From Leptogorgia sarmentosa (lineage: Eukaryota), in the NCBI GenBank assembly GCA_964658305.1, contig OZ210885.1:18166001-18230000 (forward strand): a DNA stretch of 64,000 nt. The letters run 5' to 3'. Within the stretch, counting starts at the first letter, position 1, and each line of letters begins with the position of its first letter. The notes under the pieces were generated by a model, which saw only the letters and a program-made list of their open reading frames with translations, was not told the origin of the DNA and did no database searches. The position numbers were made by a program, and so were the translations under genes. Positions 48,401 to 60,499 of the stretch are shown one piece after another.

Positions 48401-49769
48401 TCTGTTCGCAAACTCAGACGCAACAAGTCCATATTCCTCTGCAATTGCGGGAAGGATTTTGTTGACGGCACTGTCAAAGACTTCAACCATTTTTGCAACA
48501 TTCTCAGAATTTTCCCCTGGTTTAGGAGCAAATAAAGTAACAAGCTTCATATTGCGGCGAAGAAGTGGAAAGTAAGTTGTCATTTCGACTGCAGTGAAAC
48601 CTTTTGCAATACTTTCACAACCATCAAGACTAACAGGTTCATTTACTACACCAATCGTTATTAATGCTGCAAGACGCAACTTTTCTTCAGAGGACAAAAT
48701 AACGTAGTTATCACCAACTTCGAGTATTAGGTTGTTATCAAGGTTTCGTTTTAAGAAGTCATCCTTAAGTAAACGTATTGCCTCCAGGTCAGATCCGCCT
48801 GGCAATTTTTCGTCGTTAATAACAGATTTAAGGTACTGTACGTGTCTTGGATTGCTGTACTCGTCAGCAACATCCTCAATTTCCTTCACACCTTTTCCAC
48901 TAAGCATTGCTTCCCTGATTTTCTCCACTTGGATTTGCTTTGTTGTACTTGTAGGCCGAGTTTTCAAATAATCTTCTAGTTTTTCCTTTTCTGGCTTTTT
49001 CTCTTGAGTCCTTGGTGAGCAGTTATGGGTACCGATATATACCACTGTCATGTCCTTATGGCAACGATCATGTTCAACGTACTTTCTTGCACAACATTCT
49101 ATGGGTAAAGCATTCGCCTTGCAGTGGATACATTTCTTACTCATCGTAAAATCTACTTTGTTGGTTTCTCGGTGGATCTTTTTGTATATACACTGTGAAT
49201 TACGACATTCAAGAGAGCCTTTGCAGATCTGTAGAGTCCGTCTCCCTCCATTACAAAATCCTTTTCTATTACATGGTTGGGTACGCCCCCAATTCCAGTT
49301 ATCGGACACTGGGGCAAGAGGATCTTTTTGGTTGTATTCTACCTTGTATTTTGATGGGCCATTGGGTCATGCAGGCACTTTAGCTGTTGATAACGTTGGC
49401 AATTTATCAATAACATCTTGGTTTAGACATGACCGTTTTCCCTCTTTATGGAGAAAAATGACATCTCTATAAAGAAATGGAAATAATTATATATTATTCA
49501 GGCCTGATATACGATATTTCGGAAAGAATCATCTAACTGCAGCACATACTGCCAAACATTTAGAAACTGACGTGCAGCACAGTACATTTTATTATTCATT
49601 TTCGAGGTGACTTCAGTTTACCTCAAGACAAGTTAGACAACAAAAGTCGATGGTGAGTGTTCACTTGACTTCTTTTTGTCCGTTGTAGTAAAGACAGTCC
49701 CCCCTTTCTGTCACAATTCTCCTTCGTTAATCCGAAATCCTCATTATTATGTTTTGAAATGTTAATTTA

Positions 49770-49962
49770 TCCGCCGGATAGTGGGTTAAACGGTCTCATG
49801 AGACCGTTTAACTTTATCCATCGTTTAGCCAAAATTTAACCAGTGGATACCGCTAAACGGGCTTCGTACAACGCAATTTCTCAATCGTTTAAATTTTGTC
49901 CGGCGGATAGCGAGTTAAACGGTGTATAGCGACTTAAACGGCTTTCGTACAACCGGCCCCTG
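49770..49962. mobile_element. Harbinger-type MITE fragment in intron
   Basis: Ends CTTTCGTACAACCGGCCCC with repeated GGATAG/TAAACGG motifs. Confidence 0.45.
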
Positions 49963-50819
49963 GTCTTATCATTACTGGTTAGTGCTTTAATTCAGTGATC
50001 TCATAGTAGTGTACACTGGATAGAAGCTTCCTTACCTATTGAAAATTAAGCCCAAATTAATGGCTTTAATTACTTTATAATAATGGGTAAATAAATATCA
50101 TTTATAATAATACTCAATTCTAATCTTAAACCTCATTGCCATGATAAAAAAAACTATATCAATATGCCACATTTTAATATTATTTTTCATTATATTTTAA
50201 TATGTCTGTCACTAATAGAACCAGTATCCAGTTATTTTCTCAACCAGTATCCGAGAGACTACAATCTGGTTCTATCCAGTATCTGGTAAAGCAGTATCTG
50301 GCATGTCCCTAAGTTTACTAGGCATACATTTTCGTTTTGTTTTGAGTCACACCTGTATTTTTCTTCCTTTGAAAATGCTCACACCAGGCTGATACTCTTC
50401 TGGACCAGACATAAAAAATTGCTGTGCACCTTCTCAGCAACTACAAAGATTGTTACCATATTTACAGTATAAACATACATTTGTTAGTAGCAATTGATTC
50501 AAAAAACATTTGCAACATTTTCTAATAAGTGTCAATATTAAAGCATAATTACAATGATATTCTGATTGGTCTGGAGTGTTCATACATTCTTCATCTAATT
50601 TGCATGGTCTGGTCAGCAGCATATAATGTGAACCAGTGTATGCAAGAAAAACTGAGGATTCTCTTTTCCCATCAAAAGGTGTTGTTTTTGTTAATCGCTA
50701 AAATACATTGAAAACAAATTATGGTCATTCTAAACTCAGCTGCCCATTGCTTACACATTACATGGAGTCTTGGGAAACCCTCCTTTTAGAATTCCACGAA
50801 CTGTCTCAAAATTCTTACT

Positions 50820-50930
50820 GCTATTATATTATTATTATTATTATTATTATTAAATATTAAAAAAATATTATCTTATTATTATTATTATTATTACTGGTTG
50901 TTGTTGTCGTTGTCGTTGTCGTTGTTGTAA
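50820..50930. repeat. (TTA)n / (GTT,GTC)n microsatellite
   Basis: Direct reading. Confidence 0.85.
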
Positions 50931-52741
50931 TTGATACTGTTATTGTAGATTACCCCTGTCCAATCAATGACATTTATATTGATGGAAAAAAGAGATGCAG
51001 CTGAACGGATAACTACATGGTTTGTCATTTCATTCCTTAATGCCAGTATGCATTTCTTCCATGTTTTGGGTCGTTCTTTCAGTGCTGGGAAATCAGCATC
51101 TGATAAAAAAGACATGAGATCCTGTTCCTCCATAGTAGCACCCTAAGGAAATAAAACCACAGCATATAACCTTGTAGTATAAACAATATTTACATTTCAT
51201 ACTGCATACACTACAGATTATGTGCAGTATTTTTGGTGGTACCTGGGCTGAGGCTACACTACCCATCTACCATAGTCCAGGTCTTGTTTCGAACTGCAAT
51301 ACATCCGCAGTCTAGCAGTGTTAAAACAGTAGTAGCCGGTGCCACTGCCATCTACCTACTATTATTAGAATTTATAGTAAAACTTTCAATGATCTCACAC
51401 AAGAAGTTCAATAAATATTCAAATGCAAAGGTAATGTTTGATTTGATTAAAAAAGACCGGAGAAACACTCACGCTATTCCTGACCAAGACAACCTGATGG
51501 GACATCATGTAATCTTCAATTAGACGTATCGTCTCCACAATGTAGATGCTTAAGTATGTTGATATGCATTCGTAAAAGCATCGATTTTTTGCCCCCGATG
51601 GATCGAAGCGTAGACAAAATCCCAGTTTCCTCGCTTGCAGCAAACACTGCAGCCGCCTGTTTTCCATCTGTTTTGCATATAATACATAAATTAATACGAA
51701 TTATTTCGTTGTGAATGAGTGGATAAAAACGAATTACACTTACTAAAACAAAAATGAAAACTTACTTGGTGATCAAATATAACTTGAGTTGATTGAGAAC
51801 ACACTATGACTATGACAGTATAGTAGCACAAAGTCGAAGCTTCGGGTTCAGAGCAGTCAGAATCAGCTTCAGGCCACATGCACCAAACCGGAAATAAGAA
51901 CCGGAAATATACGCCTCGCAGGCTGCCTCGCACACCTCGCGTGCCTCGCTGCCTCGCAATTTGTATCACTCGATTTGTATCGTCCTGTAAAAAACACTTT
52001 TTATAAAACATTTTTTAATAACTTATGTAAATAATTTTGGTTAATAAAAACCACTTTTTATGAAAAACATTGTTCCAAAAACTTATACGGGGGGTGCGAC
52101 ATCCACTAAGAAGGGGGGTGGTATCCGTAAAATAGGGGGTGTGGAAACACATCATAAAGGGGGTAAGAAAACACGAAAAATACACAAAAAACTCCACACG
52201 AGATACAGGAAAAACTCCACGCAACTTCCACGCAACGCTATATTCTCCACACAATATCCACGCGCAACACCCGAATCCCGTCTATAATACCAGTATAGTA
52301 CTACTGGCGCCATCTTGAATTTTGTGGCCAAGCAGCCAGAATCTTAAAAGTCCTGGTAACTAGGTGCTCTGACGGATCTGAAATAGCCCTCACCGTCTGT
52401 AAGGATTTGTTTGATGTTGTGTCGGTCTATGTTTGTGTTTTTCTTGGTTGTTGGATTCTTTTGAGTCCATTTATTGGTTTTTTTAGTGTGTTTGGTTATG
52501 TTGTTAGGCAATTTGTATTTGGTCGTGGTTTTTGTATCCTGTAATCTTTTTGTGGTTTGTTTGGTAGTTATTGTTGTAAGTGTCTTGTTGTGTATTTTAA
52601 GCAAAGTTCATTGGTTTTGTCTATTATTTTCTGTGCTGTGTTTTTTCGTTGAATTTTATTTTAAGTTGGTGTGTCCTGTGTTGTAGTTTGTGTTTTGTAT
52701 CTTTAATCATGTGTTAGTGATAGGCGATTGTGATATCTAGT

Positions 52742-55675
52742 CAGTGCTGTAACAGTTACATTTTATTTGCAACTAGTTACAGTTACATTGGCAGAAATTT
52801 AACTAGTTACTGCTACAAGTTACAGTTAACAAATTGTAACTAGTTACAGTTACAAAGTTACAATGTATTTTTTGTAACTTAGTTACAAGTTACATTTTAT
52901 ATTGATTAAAATTATTATTTAAACTGACTGAGTTACTAAGTCACAGACTTTTGTGTATTTTCTGTGGACTTCTGTGTACAACTTTGTTGTACCAAATGCC
53001 GCATCGATACATGTGTCATACAAAATGTGTATAATGTGTATATCACATCTTCACATCTTTATTGCATTTTACCAGGATGCAATTTTCAAAATTTGTATCA
53101 GTCATGCTTGAGCGATGTGGCCTGAAGATCAGTCCACCAGCACTGAAACGTCTTTCACAAGCAGCACTGGCTGGCAATGGTGTGTTGAGTTCAATAAAGA
53201 GTTTGCGAAGCAAGGGCCATCTTGTATATTCACAAAGTTTTTCAACAGGACTATCAAGAAATGACTTTAAAGTACAATCGCTTGATCTCCTGTTTTTAGC
53301 TTGGAAGAAATCTGCCTCACTCTCATCTTGATCCTCTGAAGAGGACTGTCCATGTTGATCAAGCACTGGTTGTATCATACCTTCTAATTTCTCATTTATG
53401 AAGGAGATGCCTAAAATTTATAAACAAATCCCACAAATAAATCCATGCTGTCTATAATAGGGATACTTACTAATTTACTTCATATTTAAGTTATACATAT
53501 TGTATTTGTTACCTCTTTCAATAACATCAGAATCAGTAGCCCAGCTTTCTTTAAATTTGGGGTGAAGAATTGCAGCAGCAATGATCTTTTTGTCATTTAG
53601 CATGGAATCAAATCGCTTATCAATTCCATTTAATAGTGCTTGGACCAGTGGTTTCATAGCTGGAATATCCAACTTCTTTGAAAGCTTATCTCTCTCAGTA
53701 CAGTTATCGTTGGTGCCAGATAACCCATGTAGGCATTTGAGTGGTTTGTTTCTCCCTGTAGAATGTTAAGTGCTTGTGCTACTGGTTTCATCACTTGAGC
53801 ATAATGACTAAGGAATGCAATTTCTGCAGGTTTAAATCCAAACAGAAAGGTTTGAAACAAATACACTTAGCTCATTAAATTAACTAATCTATGTAATATG
53901 CTGAGTGTTTAGTTACAATTATAAATACTGTACTTAGGAACTTCTGCTAGGGAGCAGACACTATGAATGACATTTTCTACTTTTTCCTTGATGATTCGAT
54001 TGATGCGCTGGACATGCAGCCATGAAAAATGGAATTCCATCGAGTTGCATTTGGTTTGATCAGACTTAAGCCACACTTCTCTTTAACCATTTCTGCAACT
54101 TGAACAGAGCGGGAGCTCTTATTCCAGAGGCTGCTGGAACACTTTGCAAAGGTACTCCTGCTAAGTCGTTTGTAGTTTCCATCAGCCTCAGCTTTCTCTG
54201 CATCAGTTGTTGAAATAAGATTAAGAGAATGTGCTGCACAACGTTCATGCGGTGGAAGCTGGTACTCCAGACATGCGCTTGCCTGCTTTAAATCATCAAA
54301 GACATCTTCAAATTGACGCTCTTCATCTGTATCTGGATCATCACGATTTTCTTGGTCTTTGTCAGCAAAAACAAGAAGGCTTTTACAAAGTTTGACCCAT
54401 TGTTTGTAGTGGTTTTAGAAACTTTGGATCTTATTTCAAATTGTGTATGAATGTCTTCCAACTGGCTAGCAAGTACATCATATGTGTGTCTACCTTTGAG
54501 ACGCCGACAAGCAAGAACACAACTTTTTCTTTCCAAAGTCTCAGGATCAATCCAATGTCCAGTTACACCAATGAATGAACGACCATGAGCACTCCAACAA
54601 TCCGTAGTTGTTGCAACATGTTCCACTTTATCCATGGCTTCTTTCAAATTTTTCTTCACTAGACTGGCTTTGTCATTGATTCACCGTACCACTGTAGCTC
54701 TGCACATAACTGATCGATTTGGCTGAAGTCCTAAGACAAATTCTTTAAATGCAGGCTGTTCAACCAATGAAAACGGCATAACAGCTTCTGTGATGAACTT
54801 AATCAGCAAATTATTCACTTGGGCTTGGGTAACCATATTGGCATTGTACTTGACTTTAGAGGAAAGCACGGTATCCAACTTTTGTTGTTTAGGAGCAGAT
54901 GGTGTGCTCCACTGTCTCCGGAATCACTATCACTCCGTCTCCTTGTCATTGAACGCATTTTTCTTTTAGCCTCATCACATAGCCTGTTGAAGGCAGGTAA
55001 TTTATGTTGATGAACTCTATAAAGTATTAAATTATGCAATAATATTAAACAACAGAATGGAATATGTACATCTATCATTCTTTCATTTAATCAAGGGGTC
55101 AGATATATGTAGGGAAGACACAGGGCCTATGTGTCGGTAGGGTCGTAACTGACGTCCTGTTCACAATATTACTCATTAGTCATTCCGATGCGACTTTTAT
55201 GTGATTTTTATATGACTGATGGCAGTCATATAATATTCCCTGTTTCCGGGTTCTAACTTCTATAGATACTAGTCATACTCTAGCTCAGTAAATGTAATAG
55301 TAATTGGAAATACAACATTGTGTCATTGTGCAACATGACTAATCACGTGACGATAAGCACGCACGGCCGGGAGTAAATGAGGCATTCCGATTAGTTCCGA
55401 CGTGATACGCGAAATAAATAAACGCTTCGAGCACTATCCGTAGACTACATCATTTGAACTACGTGGATGATTGGGTCGAGGATTCAAGCCAAAAAAGTAA
55501 CTTGTAGTTGTAATGAACATAGGTTCGCATTTGTAATCGTTTCAATTTTAAGCTATTTTTTGTAACGAGTTACCGTTACATGTTCCCAAAATGTAACGAG
55601 TTACCGTTACAGTTACTGAAAAATGTAACGATTACTTGTAATTAGTTACTTTTAACGAAGTTACTTACAGCACTT
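52742..55675 (-). mobile_element. hAT (Ac/Tol2-like) transposon
   Basis: CAGTGCTGTAA / TTACAGCACT(T) termini. 8-bp TSD TATCTAGT (52734-52741 / 55676-55683). GTTAC/GTAAC subterminal repeats. Confidence 0.9.
53043..55020 (-). pseudogene. hAT transposase, multi-exon, frameshifted
   Basis: PFSLVEQPAFK, TTDCWSA..RSFIGVTGHWID, TTNNGSNFVKAF, AAILHPKFK, NTPLPASAACERRFSAGG. Confidence 0.88.
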
Positions 55676-56080
55676 TATCTAGTAGAGCATGGGGGTCATC
55701 TGTTAGAGTGCTCTCCCAGCACTCTCCAAATTGCTTATGTAATTCGAAAGTGCATTTGTGGTTGATTTTCAGTCCAGGTGGTAGTGTACTTGTATTTTTG
55801 TGCTCTATCAGTTGATCCGGTTTAGTTTCAAGTTTGTTAAGTTTCAGTTTGAGTGTGCATATAATCCCAAAGGATGTTAGTAGCTTTGGTGGTACGTCTA
55901 TAAAGGCGGTTTTGTCCTGTGATCGGTTTAGTGGTTTGTTGGGTGTATTGTTATTGTTTTCTAAAGTGGTGTGGGGGTTGTCATCGTCTTCCATGTTGTG
56001 TTGCTTTGTATTGTTGATTGTGCTAGTCATATTCAAGTTTTGGACATAGTTGTGTTCTGCATTGTGAAGTATGTCCATGT
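55676..56080 (-). mobile_element. Possible Penelope-like N-terminal fragment, split by the hAT (continues below 52741)
   Basis: LPPGLKI..W...L motif. The frame ALLD|ITIAYH continues across the TSD. Strongly A/C-skewed coding strand. Confidence 0.35.
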
Positions 56081-56609
56081 CATGTTTGTGCCACTAAAAA
56101 AAATAGGCACGCACTATACGTGCATGCGTCTACGTTGATGCTACACATTTTGAAACTCACTGTATGATCACTAATATTGCAATCCGAAAATATAGGGAAT
56201 GTGATGCAACAAAGTTCCAAATGTTATTCTAAATCCCCCTCATCCAGGCTGGAGTAGGTTTCGACTTTCGAGTCCTTGAAGTTTGCAATTGAATGAATTG
56301 ATGATATACAAATACAGGTTGTCTCAAATAAAACGGAACAGGCATAAATTAGTTTAATAATATGTATTGGCTGAATATTCACATTAAAATAATTATTATT
56401 AAGAATGGTCTGATGAACTTGATTTTTTTTAGTCTTTCGGATTTCATATTTTGTGTAATAAACATGTGAGTGAAAATGCTTTAGAAATCACTTTATACCG
56501 AAGCTTTGAAATTAGTCCTTCGAATGAACGTTTGAACAACGCGCACTGGTGTCCCAGTTGATTTGGACCCCCGTAGATTTGGACATGCCACAGTAAATCA
56601 CATACTTCA

Positions 56610-57580
56610 CCTGGTTGCGGCTGGTCACGTGACTGGCGAATAATTAGCTGCCTTAGGGGGTGACAGAAGAGTGTCATGTTACATGCTTCCAGTTGGTGTA
56701 CTTTTCCTGTCGCGTTGCGCCATGCTGGACTACATTGTGTTTTTGTCTTGCTTGGAGTTTGCCGTTTTAAATAGTTTCTATGATGAGATTTTCTTAAAAC
56801 CGAAGCAAGTTGTTTGCCTCGAGAGCATGTATTTGCCAACAGGCTATGGCAAATCTTTGGTTTTCCATCTTCTGCCAATGTTATTGTTTGCGAGAGGCAG
56901 AATTTGCACTGATTTGCTTGGTTGGAAGTCAAAAGATATTGCTACCGCCGCAGTTTCCTCGATTGTTATGGTTGTATCTCCATTAAATTCGCTGATGACT
57001 GACCAAGTTTCCAGTTTATATGCGAGTGGTATTCGGGCATTGGTTATCGATGTTAGCAAACAAACGAGACACTCACTGCCGTAAACACTATCGGCGTTGC
57101 GTAAAATTCGAATATCCAAATAAATTTTTACAATGTTTCAGATCCCCAACAGAATAACAAAGTCTGCAACGCGATAACCGTCGATACAGATATACTTTTG
57201 TAGATTTTCTTCGGCGTGCCTCCACTAGTAGCCATCCAGGAGAACTGAATGAATATCCTTTTGAAATTTGACCTAACCCCATGCTTAAAATGTAATTCGA
57301 TGCTTTGTTTTTTTGAGGTCATGACGTTAATTATGTAATTGAATTGCAATGGTATTATATTCGAATTCTTTGAAATATTTTATGAGCGCAACATACAATT
57401 TCATGATTTTCAATTCTGATTCATGAAGATTTTCAAACACAGTACATACACGCTCCTCTACCACCCCTCCCTAAGTGTACAAACAATTAAGCACCCAGAA
57501 TCTGGGTGCCACATGACCAGCCGCAACCAGGGTCTCTCCTCCCCTTAGGGTTATGATGAGAGAACCTGGGTACGAGGTTG
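56610..57580 (+). mobile_element. Non-autonomous Academ-like remnant with RecQ N-terminal fragment
   Basis: LKPKQ..LPTGYGKSLVF..VVSPLNSLMTDQV. Right end CCTGGGTACGAGGTTG. Inverted CTGGTTGCGGCTGGTCA at ~56610 and ~57515. Confidence 0.62.
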
Positions 57581-58799
57581 GAGTTTTTCTTGCTACAAGA
57601 AATACTGTAGGCAGCTGTTGCATGTCCCTACACTGAGACTGTTCATCATTGGTTGCAAGCGATGGTATGTTACATGCGCATACATGGCTGGCGGGAAAAT
57701 ACTGTGAATGCACATTGCGGTATCGGTTTGTTACTTTGTTTAATGTAAATTGTCAAGCGGTTTCAATATCAGGAATTGCATATCTCTTTTCAGTACATTT
57801 TGGCAGGATTCGACAACGTATTTGGTGAAATATGGATGTGCAACTGTTAGATGAAAATTCTAGAAAACCTTTAGCAATTTTATTTGATGTTGATAGCCTG
57901 ACATAGTTTCATTGGGCCAATCGATGTAACAGTGGAGATGTTTAGCATCAAACTTACCTAGTGAGAATGTCTTTCAAAAATTTTAAAATAATCGGAATAT
58001 TGGGAAAATATTTTCTTTCGTTGAAAATGCTCAAATAATTTAATTTCATATAAGAAAATATGTCTACACTTTAAAATAGAACAGATTTTGACAGAATGTA
58101 CAATGTTCATTATGAAACTCTTGCAATCCAAATATTGACTTCGTTCTCTCAAAATAGAAATCCAATCGAAGTGAAACTCACACAGCATTAATACTTCATA
58201 TAGGCCTACATTCTGGCAAAGGTTGAAGGATTTTCATTTTTTTCATTTTACCTGTCTACCCTGGCAGTCTCGGAAAGCCCCTCTTAATGAGGTTTGACAG
58301 GGCAATGGTAATCTTAGCAACTGTTGTATCTCTTGTGTTGTTGAGGATCACTTCACCTTCAGGAATATTAACTGTGTTGCATTGAACCCTGATATTCTTT
58401 AACACGTACAAGTTGCCAACTAGGACCTTCTCTATATGATTTTCTCAAAGGATCGTCTGCAAAGAAACACTCAATTTTGCATAACTCATATGAATAGCCC
58501 ATTTGTACAACTGCGTCTTTTGCAATTACTTTGACGACAAACCCTACCAAGTCCATATCCATCAAATTTTTGCTTATAGATAGCAGATCCATTTACTGGA
58601 TCTTGCGGTCCATGAACTGAAAGTTTTATTCAGATGAATTTGGCATAGCCATCTTTGTGATGTCATTGTTTTCTCCAGGGATCTATAGGGATGATCAGAT
58701 AAAGCAGCATCAAGTATGAAGTTCTTGCTCCTTGTGATCACTACTTTATGAAAGGTTTAAATACAGTATTCGAAAGTATTCGAAGCCATAGAACTAGAC

Positions 58800-59207
58800 A
58801 ATTTATAAATTTTGAGGTATTCATGTGGGCAACCTGGTCACTTTGCACGGCAGTGTCCAAATAAAGGAAAATCCAGGAGTAAATTGTGGTGCAATACTTG
58901 TAGAAGTCCTACCCACAATGATAACACCTGTCGTAGAGCCAAACAAAAAGGAAAAACTAATCATCTAATCAAGCTAATAAAACATCTGATGTTCAAGAAA
59001 GAGAGCATTCATTTGCTTTCCAAATTAAAGCACAGCATGGTGTGAATAAGATAAGTCCGGGTTTGTCCAACAAACTTCTGGTAGATTGTGGTGCAACTGC
59101 CCATATTATTACAGATGAATCCAAATTCTCGAGTTTTGACCAGTTATTTAGACCAGAATCTCATTACATTGAACTCGCTGATGGAACTTGATCAAATAAT
59201 GTCGCAC
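58800..59207 (+). mobile_element. Copia gag zinc knuckles + protease fragment
   Basis: SCGQPGHFARQC, WCNTCRSPTHNDNTC, LVDCGATAHII, IELADG. Confidence 0.75.
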
Positions 59208-59780
59208 ATGCCCTGAAAGATTGGGAGACCCAGAAGTTGTCAAGTCGTGAGCTGCAGGTGGGGCACGATCCGGACAGTTGGAGCGATTGTGGCCCTCTTT
59301 GCCACAACCAAAACAAAGACGCTTCTGGCCTTTGTGGTGCACAAAACACCAATGGCCAGCTATACGGAAGGGGATGTGCTGCTTTATTTCCATGAGGACA
59401 TGCCTCACCCCCATGTAGATGTTTGAATAGACCTCAGGTTTCATCTGCCGGATCTCACCAAATCCACTGAGGGCTTTGGTAATTTCCTCGTCCGGAACAC
59501 CGTAGGACAAGTGGGTTACATTAACCCACATAAATTTGGAAACAGGGCGGAATGCTACAGGAAGGCCCCGCACTGTCAACCCTGAGTGTTCGGCAGCTTC
59601 CATTTTTCACGCCGTCTTAAAGGTGACGCAAAATCGACCTGGGACCATGAGGACAACAGCCTCAAACATTGTAGTGTAGTCATCAATGACTTCCCACACA
59701 TTCACTCTTTGAACCTCGATGCTATCCGCAAGGATCACATCGCAGGTGCGATTAATGTGAGGAATCATCCTTACCACGCT
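59208..59780 (-). mobile_element. Tx1/L1-clade ORF1 fragment
   Basis: VNVTHLSYGVPDEEI..ALSGFGEI..GVRHVLM..IP..GQKRLCFGCGKEGHNRSNC. Confidence 0.78.
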
Positions 59781-59800
59781 TTACTTTTAACTATATTATG

Positions 59801-60215
59801 TTCGAGAACAAAATCTCGAAAAAAACACTTGATTCTAGAGCCAAAGTCTCGAGAATAACCTAATTCGAGAACCAAAGTCTCGAAAGACAAATTAACCTAA
59901 TTCGAGAACCAAAGTCTCGAGAAAAAAGAAAGAAAAAGACTTAACCTAAATCGAGAACCAAAGTCTCGAAAAACGAATTAACCTAATTCGAGAACCAAGT
60001 CTCGAAAAACAACTTAAATTGAATTGAGAACCAAGTCTCGACTATCAACTTAACCTAACTCGAGAACCGAGTCTCGAGAAACACACTTAACTTAACCGAG
60101 TCTCAAAAACTAACTTAACTTAGCTCGAAAACCAAGTCTCGAGAAGCACACTTAACTTAAATCGAGAACCAAGTCTCAAAAACTAATTTAGCCTAATACG
60201 AGAACCCAGTCTCAA
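59801..60215. repeat. ~11-12 x 35-45 bp tandem array with internal inverted repeat (TCGAGA-ACCAAAG-TCTCGA)
   Basis: Direct reading. Lies upstream of Tx1 ORF1 on the minus strand. Confidence 0.88.
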
Positions 60216-60499
60216 AGGATGAAGAAAGGAGGAACGAATCCCTCCAGAAAACAAAAGAAAAGGGGCCTGCCCTAGCGTTTCCCCCTAGATGGCCCCACAA
60301 TCAGGCACAGCCACACGGTGCACCACCAAGGCCGAAGCCAAGGAGGCCTGAGCCGACCGACACGAACCAAAGGAAGGCCCAAGACAGGACAGGACCACCA
60401 AACTGAACAGCACCACGGACCACAGGAAGGATATCTTCTTGAGCATGAAGCAGACTTCGGTAAGGCCTCCTTCACTAATGGGCTGAACCACTGATGTCC

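Larger units (their letters stand above)
47052..51667 (-). pseudogene. MULE transposase: OTU-like + GCM-like + DDE + SWIM + zf-PARP-like
   Basis: OTU-like exons NRCFYECIS / NHVVIRSAASLFSININV / FLAYTGSHYMLL. GCM-like WNWGRT..CKGSLEC...C..KCIHC..C..GTHNC. SLDGCES, GDEGGA, QFHVKQD, AEVANA. SWIM C....C..KCHH. YRVE..AKCAAC..C..RC. Confidence 0.72.
46185..52394 (-). mobile_element. MULE/MuDR-like element 2 with ~86-bp TIRs
   Basis: GGTGAGGGCTATTTCAGATCCGTCAG...CAAGATGGC at 46185 is matched inverted, ending at 52394 (1 mismatch). No TSD visible. Confidence 0.85.

Noticed and set aside
58200..58700. Possible OB-fold coding remnant on the minus strand
   Set aside because: Too degraded to assign by eye.
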